Source: a virus | DNA length: 64,000 nucleotides | Virus record (IMG/VR): IMGVR_UViG_3300035204_001773 | Coordinates: 1-64,000 of that record | Strand: one strand, 5' to 3' | Shown: piece after piece, positions 35,115-44,324 of the stretch | How positions within the stretch are numbered: position 1 is the stretch's first letter | How the letters are laid out: each line of letters starts with the position of its first letter | The notes under the pieces: model-generated | What the model was told of the DNA's origin: nothing | What the model saw: the letters and a program-made list of their open reading frames with translations, nothing else | The model's database searches: none | Translations under genes and position numbers: made by a program

Positions 35115-36211
35115 AAAAAGTTTTGATAACCGGTATCCTTGGTCAAGACGGCGCAAACATGGCCGAGTTTCTACTTAAAGAAACTAATGACATTAAAGTT
35201 TACGGAATGATGCGGAGAAGTTCGAATCCTAATTTCGTAAATGCTACAAAATTTAAAGATCACCCTAGGTTTAAATTCGTTTACGGAGATCTAACTGACG
35301 ACGTAAGTATTGATTTACTCGTCGATAATATTCTCCCAGATTATCTAATTAATTTTGGAGCAAATTCCTTCGTCGGATGTTCATGGGACATGCCAGAACA
35401 AGTTATGGAAGTTAATACCCTTGGGGTTCTTCGTTGCTTAGAGTCCCTAAGAAAGTTTGCTCCATTTTGTCGATTTTATAGCGCGGGCAGTAGCGAAGAA
35501 TGGGGGAATGTAGATTATTCACCGCAAGATATAGAGCATCCAATTAAACCAAGGAGCCCATATGGGGCATCGAAAGCGGCTGCTCGTCACCTAGTTAAGG
35601 TATACAGGGAGTCTCATGATTTGTTTGCTGTTCATGGAATATTATTTAATCATGAAGGGACTAAAAGGGGAGAGGAATTTGTTACTAGAAAAATCACCAA
35701 GGGAGTAGCCAGAGTAAAGAGGGAAATAACAACTCATATTGAATCTGGACACCAAAGCAAAATAAATCCGATAGAGTTAGGAAATTTAGATTCAAAAAGA
35801 GATTGGAGCGACAGTGAAGACTTTGTGAAGGGCGTATGGCTCATGGTTAACCAAGAGAAACCAAAGGATTACATATTAGCCAGCGGAGAAACTCATTCTA
35901 TAAGAGAGTTCGTGGAATTAGCTTTTAAATATGCAGGTATCCGTGGATTCTGGAAAGGGCAAGGGTTAGAAGAAACCTACGGTTATGAAGACAAAAGCAA
36001 ATGGGTGACTCTGGTTAAAATAAACCCAGAGTTTTTTCGTCCAGCCGAAGTAAGCTTGTTACTGGGTGATTCTACCCCTATCAGAGAAGAATTGGGTTGG
36101 GTCCCTGATATTTCGTTTGACAATTTAGTAAAAAAGATGGTACAATGTGATATTGAATATGAAAACGCTAAATGTATTAACTCGCACCTCGGGTCGTCCA
36201 AAATTTTTTAA
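35111..36211 (+). CDS. gmd: GDP-mannose 4,6-dehydratase
   Basis: ITGILGQDG, PRSPYGASK, GILFNHE, FVTRKIT, LGNLDSKRDW, FRPAEV. Confidence 0.95.
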   Translation: MKKVLITGILGQDGANMAEFLLKETNDIKVYGMMRRSSNPNFVNATKFKDHPRFKFVYGDLTDDVSIDLLVDNILPDYLINFGANSFVGCSWDMPEQVMEVNTLGVLRCLESLRKFAPFCRFYSAGSSEEWGNVDYSPQDIEHPIKPRSPYGASKAAARHLVKVYRESHDLFAVHGILFNHEGTKRGEEFVTRKITKGVARVKREITTHIESGHQSKINPIELGNLDSKRDWSDSEDFVKGVWLMVNQEKPKDYILASGETHSIREFVELAFKYAGIRGFWKGQGLEETYGYEDKSKWVTLVKINPEFFRPAEVSLLLGDSTPIREELGWVPDISFDNLVKKMVQCDIEYENAKCINSHLGSSKIF

Positions 36212-36845
36212 ATTATGCAGGCAAAGCGTTGAGTCTCAGGATTACCCCAATTTAAAACATATACTTTTAGTAGACGATAAGCATCAAAACAATTACGTCT
36301 ATGATTACGAAGGTATAGATAAAATAATATCGATAGACTCTAGCAGCTTCGAACATTACGATCAGTATTTGAACGAAGCGCTAAAACAGCTTCCCAAAGG
36401 AGAACTATTTTGCGTAATGGATGACGATGATTTTTATACAAGATACGACTCTCTTTCTCGTGCCGTAAAGGCCTTGGGGGATAAGGACTTGGTCCTTTTC
36501 AGGGTAAAGGCTGCCTGCGCCACGGTGCCTTCTACAAATAGAATGACAGGAGAAAATAAATATTTAGAAGCGGGTGATTTTTCAATGCTTGGTTTCGTAA
36601 TGAAAACTGATTTTGCTCGCAATAAAAATGGTGCTTTAATAGAGTTTCCTGCTAGGCACGGGGGAGATTATGGCTTTATAAATCGCTGCGCGCAATCGAA
36701 TTTCGAAGGGAAACTAACAGAACGTAACTATTGGAACAATCCCAAGATATCTTGGCTCACAGAAGTCCTTGCGTCCACTCACCCTACTCAATCAATTGGA
36801 AATGGGGAATGCGAAGACCTGCGTCTTTCTCTAGATGGGCGATGA
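36159..36845 (+). CDS. GT2-like glycosyltransferase
   Basis: LTRTSGRP, SQDY, MDDDD, GGD. Confidence 0.75.
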   Translation: MKTLNVLTRTSGRPKFFKLCRQSVESQDYPNLKHILLVDDKHQNNYVYDYEGIDKIISIDSSSFEHYDQYLNEALKQLPKGELFCVMDDDDFYTRYDSLSRAVKALGDKDLVLFRVKAACATVPSTNRMTGENKYLEAGDFSMLGFVMKTDFARNKNGALIEFPARHGGDYGFINRCAQSNFEGKLTERNYWNNPKISWLTEVLASTHPTQSIGNGECEDLRLSLDGR

Positions 36846-37267
36846 ACATTATGACTGAGCACTTTGATCATAGAAACCACGAGTTCTTTAAAAAGAACGG
36901 TTACAAGGCTAATATAAAATCAAAGCAGCAATATTTAGTGTGGTGTGTTATTGATAATCCGGAAAAGTGCTCTTGGCCCAAAGAAATAAAGATGGCCTCG
37001 AAACTTCTAAAAGACTATCCCGATTTAGCGTTTTGGAAAGCTGCGCCATCCTATTTTGAGTTTAAGCCTGCAAGCTTGGCTTATTGCCTGTCTATTATGG
37101 GGAATGCTATAGTGAAAAATTCTTACCCCATATTTCAAAGGCTAAAGAAAGTAAAACTTAAAGAAAAGAAGCGGGCAAGACTAACTGACGATACTATCGG
37201 TGAAGATATAAAAATAAATAAAAAACCAAAAAATGTTTTCGAATTTATAAGGAATAAAAATGGCTAG
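36842..37267 (+). CDS. Hypothetical protein
   Basis: ATGA-coupled, upstream of recA. Confidence 0.65.
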   Translation: MNIMTEHFDHRNHEFFKKNGYKANIKSKQQYLVWCVIDNPEKCSWPKEIKMASKLLKDYPDLAFWKAAPSYFEFKPASLAYCLSIMGNAIVKNSYPIFQRLKKVKLKEKKRARLTDDTIGEDIKINKKPKNVFEFIRNKNG

Positions 37268-38390
37268 AAAGAAAAAGGTAAAAGAAGAAGTAGGTACAAA
37301 TGAAAATTTAAAGTCTTTTCTAAAGCAAAGAAAGGAAGAGCACTATAATTTTTGCGAAGAAGTTTATTACAGAATATCCACGGGCAGTTTATTGCTTGAT
37401 ATTCATACTGGTGGAGGACTTATGCCGGGTCTCCATCGTTTTTGCGGTATGAACGAAGGGGGCAAAACATCAGAAGCATTCCAGATAATGAAACACTTTC
37501 TGACAGACGCCCCCAATTCAAGAGCGGTATATTTTCAAGCGGAAGGAAGACTTACGCCAGACATGAAGGAGCGCACAGGGGTTGACTTCGTATACGACGC
37601 GGAAGAGTGGAGCGATGGATCGTGCTTCGTTTATGAATCTAACATTTATGAGTCGGTGTTTGATCTCATGAAAATGCTCATTAAAGAGAACAAGGAAGGG
37701 AAGCGGTACCTGTTTCTAATCGATTCCATGGACGCTTTAATTTTGAAAGCTGATATGGAAAAAGATCTAAGCGAAGCTGCAAAGGTGTCAGGAGGAGCAA
37801 CAATTAGTTCGACTTTTATGAAAAAAGTAGCACTAGCTTTGACGAAGTTTGGTCATACGGCTATATTAATTTCTCAAGTAAGGGAAGCAATCACAATTGA
37901 TCCTTACGCAAAACGCCCAGTAAGACAAACTTCTGCTAGCGGCGGTAACGCGCTACTCCACTATGCTAATTTTATCTTTGAATTCGAAGCTAGGTTTCAA
38001 AAGGATTTGATCCTAGAAAAACCAGATCAACGACCAGATATAAGTTCGAATAAAATATTAGGCCACTACGCTAAGGTGACTATAAAGAAATCACCTAATG
38101 AAAAAACTAATTTATCAATCTCTTACCCCGTGAGATACGGTCGAAAAGGAGGCAAGAGTATATGGAGGGAATACGAAGTGCTAGACCTTTTACTTGAAAA
38201 TGGTATACTAGAAAAGAAAGGGGCATGGGTCAAAGTCAATGAGGACGTGCGTCAAGAAATGGAACAAGAAGGCATAGAGTGCCCTGAGACTTTTCAAGGC
38301 AGGCAAAAAGTTTTCGAATTTTTAGAGGAGAACACTAAGTTTACAGACCTGTGGTTTAATAGGTTTAAAGAGGTCTACAGCAACGCATGA
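37260..38390 (+). CDS. recA: RecA/UvsX-like recombinase
   Basis: STGSLLLD, GMNEGGKT, LIDS, ISQVRE, GGNAL, KKGAW. Confidence 0.9.
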   Translation: MARKKKVKEEVGTNENLKSFLKQRKEEHYNFCEEVYYRISTGSLLLDIHTGGGLMPGLHRFCGMNEGGKTSEAFQIMKHFLTDAPNSRAVYFQAEGRLTPDMKERTGVDFVYDAEEWSDGSCFVYESNIYESVFDLMKMLIKENKEGKRYLFLIDSMDALILKADMEKDLSEAAKVSGGATISSTFMKKVALALTKFGHTAILISQVREAITIDPYAKRPVRQTSASGGNALLHYANFIFEFEARFQKDLILEKPDQRPDISSNKILGHYAKVTIKKSPNEKTNLSISYPVRYGRKGGKSIWREYEVLDLLLENGILEKKGAWVKVNEDVRQEMEQEGIECPETFQGRQKVFEFLEENTKFTDLWFNRFKEVYSNA

Positions 38391-38809
38391 AATTAAGACT
38401 TAAAAATATTAATGGTAGAGAGGTAAACAAAATAGTAACCCCCTATTTAATAAAGTGGAAAGCTAAATCCAGATCGAAATTCCAATTTAGCGTAAAGCAA
38501 TTTCTAGAACCCCTCTGGCGTCATCAAATTTGCTTCGAAGAGTTTCCGGTTTACGGAACCCTACAAAGAGTAGACTTCTTAAACGCAACAAAGAAAATAG
38601 CCATAGAAGTTAACGGTAGACAGCATACAGAATACGTAGAACACTTTCACAAAAACAGGGCTAATTACCTAAGGTCTATAAAAAGAGATTGGGTGAAAAC
38701 CGAATGGTTAGAAAGTAATGATTTTCAATTAGTAGAAATCGAGATACAAGACCTCCCCCATTTATCACCTGAATGGATAGACGAAAAATTTGGAATAGAA
38801 ATAGATTGA
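38387..38809 (+). CDS. Vsr/DUF559-like endonuclease
   Basis: EEFP...RVDF...AIEVNGRQH...RD..K. Confidence 0.8.
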   Translation: MKLRLKNINGREVNKIVTPYLIKWKAKSRSKFQFSVKQFLEPLWRHQICFEEFPVYGTLQRVDFLNATKKIAIEVNGRQHTEYVEHFHKNRANYLRSIKRDWVKTEWLESNDFQLVEIEIQDLPHLSPEWIDEKFGIEID

Positions 38810-38843
38810 CATTCATTGTAATTTTATGCTATAATGATTTATC

Positions 38844-40358
38844 ATGTCAGTTTACGACCTACGCACAGAAAAACACGTCTTAGGCGGGATCATAAAATCC
38901 CCATCATGCTTTGCTGATCTAGAAAGATTCATTAGCGAAAAAGATTTCTACTCAGAAGTCCACTCCACGATCTTCTCAATCATGAAGACCATGTTACTGA
39001 ACGGAGAAGAAGTGGACAAAACCGTCTTAGCTTTAAGAATTAAAAATTTAGGTATCTCATTTAAAGATGAGATAAATATACACGATTATATCGACTCCAT
39101 AAGCTTCACTCAGATAACTCAAAAAGCTACAATCGAGGCCGCTCAAGAACTGGCTAAATTGCGTATTGTTAGAGAAATTGTAGAATCATGTAAAGAAACA
39201 GCTACTTGGGCTAAGAAAAACATGGACAAGCCTTTGGATGATATTGTTAGCGGTAGTGATGCGATTTTTAACGAGCAGATGAGGTCGTACGAATTTGATG
39301 ATGAACCAGAAAACCTATTCGACGACATCGAAAACCTCATAGAAGAAAGAGGGAACAACCCTCAAGAAGACTACGGCTTCATTACCCCATACTCGGAATG
39401 GAACCGCTTGTATGGCGGGTTTAGAGTGGGAAATATTTACGCTATAGCTTCGAGACCGGGGCAAGGTAAAACTACATGGTTAAATTATACCGCTTATAGA
39501 GCGGCAGAATTAAATGATACGAAGGTCTTAATCTTAGACACGGAAATGTCCCCACAAGAAATGAAGTTCAGAATGGTAGCGGCCATGAGCAAAGTTTCAG
39601 TATGGCATTTAGAGACAGGAAACTGGAGGAAAAATCCAGACATGATAGAAAAAGTAAGGTCGGCTCTCAAGGTTCTGAAAGAAAAAGAATACTCTTTCAT
39701 GCACGTCGGAAACAAAAGCACTGATCAAGTTTGCTCTCTAATAAGAAGATGGCATTTAAATAAAGTGGGTAGAGCAAACAAGTGCATAATTGTCTATGAT
39801 TACCTCAAATTAACAGGAGATAAGGTGGGAAACAATTGGGCAGAACACCAAGTGCTAGGCGAAAAAGTTGACAAATTAAAAAAGATTTCCGAAGAATGTA
39901 ACGCGGCTCTACTCACAGCCATTCAAATGAATAGGTCTGGAGAAAACTTCAATAGGAATAGCGGCTCAGTGGTCTACGATAGCTCAGCAATAGCTCAGTC
40001 AGACAGGCTGCAATGGTTCGCTTCCTTTGTGGGGCTCTTTTGCAGGAAGACGCTGGATGAAATAGCCATGGATAATGTGTACGATGATAACGGCGTATTA
40101 CTACACGACTTTGGCACGCATAAGTTAGTACCCTTGAAGACTAGGTTCCAAGGTAAGGATGCGGCGGGTCATCATGATATAATTCGTCGTCCTGACCCGA
40201 ACGGTAATGGGCCCGGAACTTGGTCTAACAACTACTTAAGTTTTAATGTCGATAACTTTGAAGTGGAAGAAACTGGGTCTTTAGCCAACATCGTTGATAG
40301 ACAAAATAACGTTTTTGATTTAGATGATAGAAGAGAAAACGATGGAGAGCGGCTGTAG
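38844..40358 (+). CDS. dnaB: Replicative DNA helicase
   Basis: ASRPGQGKT, DTEM, YDYLKL, QMNR, KTR. Confidence 0.93.
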   Translation: MSVYDLRTEKHVLGGIIKSPSCFADLERFISEKDFYSEVHSTIFSIMKTMLLNGEEVDKTVLALRIKNLGISFKDEINIHDYIDSISFTQITQKATIEAAQELAKLRIVREIVESCKETATWAKKNMDKPLDDIVSGSDAIFNEQMRSYEFDDEPENLFDDIENLIEERGNNPQEDYGFITPYSEWNRLYGGFRVGNIYAIASRPGQGKTTWLNYTAYRAAELNDTKVLILDTEMSPQEMKFRMVAAMSKVSVWHLETGNWRKNPDMIEKVRSALKVLKEKEYSFMHVGNKSTDQVCSLIRRWHLNKVGRANKCIIVYDYLKLTGDKVGNNWAEHQVLGEKVDKLKKISEECNAALLTAIQMNRSGENFNRNSGSVVYDSSAIAQSDRLQWFASFVGLFCRKTLDEIAMDNVYDDNGVLLHDFGTHKLVPLKTRFQGKDAAGHHDIIRRPDPNGNGPGTWSNNYLSFNVDNFEVEETGSLANIVDRQNNVFDLDDRRENDGERL

Positions 40359-40362
40359 CAAG

Positions 40363-41316
40363 ATGAAAGACTTTGCAGAAATATTAACCGACTTAGGGTA
40401 CACCTTAAGGGACTATGGTAAAGAGTATAGAACTAGACCTCTTTATAGAGAATCAGACAACGATACAATTCTAACAATAGAAAAATCTACCGGTAAATGG
40501 TATGACTTCAAAGAGCTCAGGGGTGGCGCGTTCGAAGAATTAGTAAGAAGAACTTTAAAATTACCATCCACAGATGAGGCTAGTGAGTGGCTAAAAAAGA
40601 AAGATTTTACCAGCGAAGGTAGCGATGCAGAAGAAAAGCCCTTAATAAAAGACAAGAAAATATTTTCTAAAGAGGTTCTTAGTAGAATTTTTTCAGAACA
40701 CGAATACTGGAATAAGCGCGGTATATCGACAACCACACTGAAGATATTTGAGGGCGGAGTAGTTAGAAGCGGCCGAATGAAAGATAGATATGTTTTCCCT
40801 ATCCTTGACGGTCGAAATAATTTAGTAGGCTTTAGTGGGAGAGATTTACTAAATCTAGAAAACTCAAAAAGACCCAAGTGGAAACACATAGGAGACAAAA
40901 GTAATTGGAAATATCCTCTTCAAGCGAATTATAAAACTTTAAAATCAATAAGGGAAATAATTCTGGTAGAAAGCATTGGAGATATGTTAGCTTTATGGGA
41001 GAACGAAATACAAAATATAATAGTCACCTTTGGGTTGGACGTTAGCACATCAGTAGTTAACCTATTGCTAAAGCTTGACCCGAATAAAATTTACATAAGT
41101 TTTAATAATGATTCGTCAAACAACAACGCAGGGAATGTTGCTGCGGAAAAAGCTAAGCGAAAATTATTAAAGTATTTTGATCGTTATCAAATACAAATAG
41201 CTCTCCCCGACAAAAAAGACTTCGGTGAAATGGACAAGGAGGAAATTGACCGATGGGGAGAAAATAATATAGAAGATTTTGAAAACAAAAAAAGAAAAAT
41301 ATCTATCAGCCTCTAG
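40363..41316 (+). CDS. DNA primase (Toprim)
   Basis: RGI, RYVFPI, GFSGR, LVESIGD, KDFGEM. Confidence 0.85.
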   Translation: MKDFAEILTDLGYTLRDYGKEYRTRPLYRESDNDTILTIEKSTGKWYDFKELRGGAFEELVRRTLKLPSTDEASEWLKKKDFTSEGSDAEEKPLIKDKKIFSKEVLSRIFSEHEYWNKRGISTTTLKIFEGGVVRSGRMKDRYVFPILDGRNNLVGFSGRDLLNLENSKRPKWKHIGDKSNWKYPLQANYKTLKSIREIILVESIGDMLALWENEIQNIIVTFGLDVSTSVVNLLLKLDPNKIYISFNNDSSNNNAGNVAAEKAKRKLLKYFDRYQIQIALPDKKDFGEMDKEEIDRWGENNIEDFENKKRKISISL

Positions 41317-42274
41317 AATCAAAACTTTAGAAACGTGCAGCTGGGTTTACTGGTGCAAGTATCATTTGCATCTACCAGACGCGCCTAATGACGGAGCACT
41401 AAGGGGAACCGTGTGTCACGCTGTCTTCGAATTGCTTCTAAACAAAAAGCACAAGAAACATTATGACTCAATAATGAAAGAGTCCTCTATTGAAGCGAGT
41501 CCCCCGATCCGAAGACTCGTCACCGCCTTTCTTAAGAAGCATAAAATTTTTGAAGACAGACCGGATGACAACTATCAACTTATAGACGAGATGATCTTAG
41601 TAGGACTTCATAATGATTTTTTCGGAAAAGGCGGTAAACTAGAGGACCCAGAAACAGCTTTTAAGTTTGAGAATAAAAGACCGGTTTACAATATAATGGG
41701 CTTTATAGACAAGACTATAAAATACACGAAAGAAAAGAGGGTTAAAATTGTAGATTATAAGTCTTCTAAATATAAATTTAGGGGAGATGATCTTGAATCA
41801 AACATTCAAGCACTAATGTATTCGCTAGCTGCGAAAAAAATATGGAAAGGCTACAAGCCTGTTGTTGAATTCCTTTTCCTCAGGCACCCCAAAAGCCCAT
41901 TACAAACATTAGAATTCTCAGATGAAGAAATTAAAGGTTTCGAAAGGTATTTGGTACACATGCATAAAGTTATCAATAATTTCTCAGAGAAAGACTCTCG
42001 CTGCAACTGGGCCATAGATGATCCGAAGTCCAAGTGGATGTGCGGAATAGGAAAATGGGTGTGCCCACACAAGAAACCCTTTGATTACTATGTCTTACTT
42101 GATAAGGATAAAAAAGTTTTAATATCTTCTTTCACAGAGGTTTTTGTAAATAGGGATGGGCTCGTAGTAGAACCTGCTCCAGATCAAGTTATAGAGAAAA
42201 GAAAATACGACGGGTGTCCGCGCTTTAAAGATTACAATCAAGCCTCTAAAGATGACCCCTTCGATTTAGGTTGA
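41279..42274 (+). CDS. PD-(D/E)xK exonuclease (RecB/AddB/Cas4-like)
   Basis: LSAS...C, RGT..H, GFID, VDYKS, QALMY, C-terminal Cys cluster. Confidence 0.88.
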   Translation: MKTKKEKYLSASRIKTLETCSWVYWCKYHLHLPDAPNDGALRGTVCHAVFELLLNKKHKKHYDSIMKESSIEASPPIRRLVTAFLKKHKIFEDRPDDNYQLIDEMILVGLHNDFFGKGGKLEDPETAFKFENKRPVYNIMGFIDKTIKYTKEKRVKIVDYKSSKYKFRGDDLESNIQALMYSLAAKKIWKGYKPVVEFLFLRHPKSPLQTLEFSDEEIKGFERYLVHMHKVINNFSEKDSRCNWAIDDPKSKWMCGIGKWVCPHKKPFDYYVLLDKDKKVLISSFTEVFVNRDGLVVEPAPDQVIEKRKYDGCPRFKDYNQASKDDPFDLG

Positions 42275-42307
42275 CAAATAATATAAAACCATGTTAATAT
42301 AGGGTAT

Positions 42308-43063
42308 ATGGTGCAGCCTTTCTTTAAATCTCATTACAGTATAGGAAGAAGCATTTTAACCTTGGACAGTGACCCCGTTGAGGATGGCCCAGACTCTATT
42401 ATCGATATAGCTAAAGACAATTCTTTTTCAGAAATCGTACTAATAGAAGATAACATGGGAGGCTTCCTTCAGGCTTTTCAAAATTTAAAAGAAATTAATG
42501 TAAAGCTGATCTACGGACTCAGGTTAACCATATGCCCCAACATGGAAACGAAAGATGATGAGTCACGCCTGAATAGTTCTAAAATTATTGTACTCGCCAA
42601 TAATTATAATGGATACAAATCCCTCATCAAAATTTATACTAAGGCCGCGAAAGACGGGTTCTATTATGAACCAAGAATAGATTGCGAAAATTTAAAATCT
42701 TTGTGGAACAACAAAGAGCTAACTTTAGTTATTCCTTTTTATGATTCTTTTATTTTTAAAAATTTAATGACCTATGCGTCTTGCACTCCAGACCTTTCCT
42801 TTACAAGCCCGATCTTCGCGCTAGAAGATAACAATATACCATTCGACGACCTAGTAAGAGCACAAGTAAAAGACTACGTAAAAGACAAGCACGAATTGAT
42901 GGAAGTTAAAAGTATTTTTTACAAAAACAGGGAGGACTTTAAAGCTTACCTAACATTTCGATGCATTAACAACAGAAGTTCTCTAGACAAGCCTAATCTA
43001 GAACATATGACGAGTAGGGAATTTAGCCTAGAAAGCTGGAAAGAAAAAAATGGTACCGTTTAA
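42308..43063 (+). CDS. Stand-alone PHP domain of DNA polymerase III alpha
   Basis: KSHYS...S, LIYG, LANNYNGYKSLIKI, GFYYEPRID. Confidence 0.85.
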   Translation: MVQPFFKSHYSIGRSILTLDSDPVEDGPDSIIDIAKDNSFSEIVLIEDNMGGFLQAFQNLKEINVKLIYGLRLTICPNMETKDDESRLNSSKIIVLANNYNGYKSLIKIYTKAAKDGFYYEPRIDCENLKSLWNNKELTLVIPFYDSFIFKNLMTYASCTPDLSFTSPIFALEDNNIPFDDLVRAQVKDYVKDKHELMEVKSIFYKNREDFKAYLTFRCINNRSSLDKPNLEHMTSREFSLESWKEKNGTV

Positions 43064-43412
43064 TCCTAAAAAAGTAAAAAAAGATTGGGGCCACGAATTA
43101 TGGCTAGCCAATAATGAAGAAGAGGATTACTGCGCCAAAATTCTTTTCATAGAGAAAGATAAAAGTACATCAATGCATTATCACATTGAGAAACATGAGA
43201 CAATGTACGTGCTAGAAGGAACGTTAATGGTAGATGGTCTAGGGGACAGGCATAACTTTGGACATAAGTTCTCCATGACAGCTAAGAAAGGTCAGTCAAT
43301 GGAAATAGAAAGAGGAAGACCGCACAAGTTGATAGCGCATCATGAAGACCTCACCCTCATAGAGGCTAGCACTTTCCACAAAGACGAAGACAGTTACAGA
43401 CTTTACAAATAA
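43050..43412 (+). CDS. Cupin (sugar isomerase-like)
   Basis: KDWGHE, SMHYH..KHETMYV, H, EAST...DSYR. Confidence 0.85.
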   Translation: MVPFNPKKVKKDWGHELWLANNEEEDYCAKILFIEKDKSTSMHYHIEKHETMYVLEGTLMVDGLGDRHNFGHKFSMTAKKGQSMEIERGRPHKLIAHHEDLTLIEASTFHKDEDSYRLYK

Positions 43413-44050
43413 TGGACGAGCACTTACTTAGATTCGACAAGGATAAGACTTACGTTTTTATCGACTGCGAGACAGAGAACTTATGCCTAAATTCTAGCCA
43501 CAATTTGCCTTGGCAAATAGCAATGATTAAATCAATGGGTGACGAAATTATAGATAGCAAAGATTATCACGTACACTGGGATAGAGAAATAAACATCGGA
43601 AAAGAAGCCGCCAGAATAACCAGATTTGATCCAGTAAAATACAAAAAACTATCCCTACACGCCAAAGAAATATTTCCAACAATTAAAGACTGGCTGGAGA
43701 CATCTGACTACATCGTGGGACATAATATCTTGGGATTTGACATCTATTTAATTAAAGATTTGTACGAATACATGGAGGACGATTGGCGACCGCTAATGAA
43801 CAAGATTATCGACACTAATTGCATCGCTAGAGGCATCAAAATGAGCCTCAGATTCGATCAGGACGAGAGTTTCTTGGCTTGGCAGTACAAGATGGTACAT
43901 ACTAGGAAAAAGGGCGTTAGAACGAGTATGGGGGCCTTAGGGAAGGAGCTCAAGATAGACCACGACTATGATAAGCTGCATGATGCTTTGGTAGATTTAG
44001 AACTTAATTTAAAAATCTGGAATAAAATGAAATGGCAAATCGAAATTTAA
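43412..44050 (+). CDS. DEDDh 3'-5' exonuclease (DnaQ-like)
   Basis: IDCET, GHNILGFD, HDALVD. Confidence 0.9.
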   Translation: MDEHLLRFDKDKTYVFIDCETENLCLNSSHNLPWQIAMIKSMGDEIIDSKDYHVHWDREINIGKEAARITRFDPVKYKKLSLHAKEIFPTIKDWLETSDYIVGHNILGFDIYLIKDLYEYMEDDWRPLMNKIIDTNCIARGIKMSLRFDQDESFLAWQYKMVHTRKKGVRTSMGALGKELKIDHDYDKLHDALVDLELNLKIWNKMKWQIEI

Positions 44051-44054
44051 TATT

Positions 44055-44324
44055 ATGGCAAGTAAAGATTTTATATACGATCTCTTAGGCAAGCTGGAAG
44101 AAGAAAAAATGGAGTATTTAGTTGTATTCCCCACTTCCACAAAGAAAGACGTAGTTATAGACATACACTACAGCTTGGAGACTGAAGACTCTGTATTAGC
44201 GACATCTAAGACGCTAGAAAGATTGATTCAAAAATTAAACGAAGATCATCCAGAAGCATTCTCTGATGACGACGAGTGGAAGCTAAACGAAGAACTAGAT
44301 TCTTGGGAGGAAGAGGGGGAATGA
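44055..44324 (+). CDS. Acidic hypothetical protein
   Basis: ORF coupled to dnaE. Confidence 0.65.
   Translation: MASKDFIYDLLGKLEEEKMEYLVVFPTSTKKDVVIDIHYSLETEDSVLATSKTLERLIQKLNEDHPEAFSDDDEWKLNEELDSWEEEGE

Noticed and set aside
41279-42274. Cas4-like nuclease suggesting CRISPR
   Set aside because: No repeat-spacer array or other cas genes were seen; its replication-module context fits a phage exonuclease.
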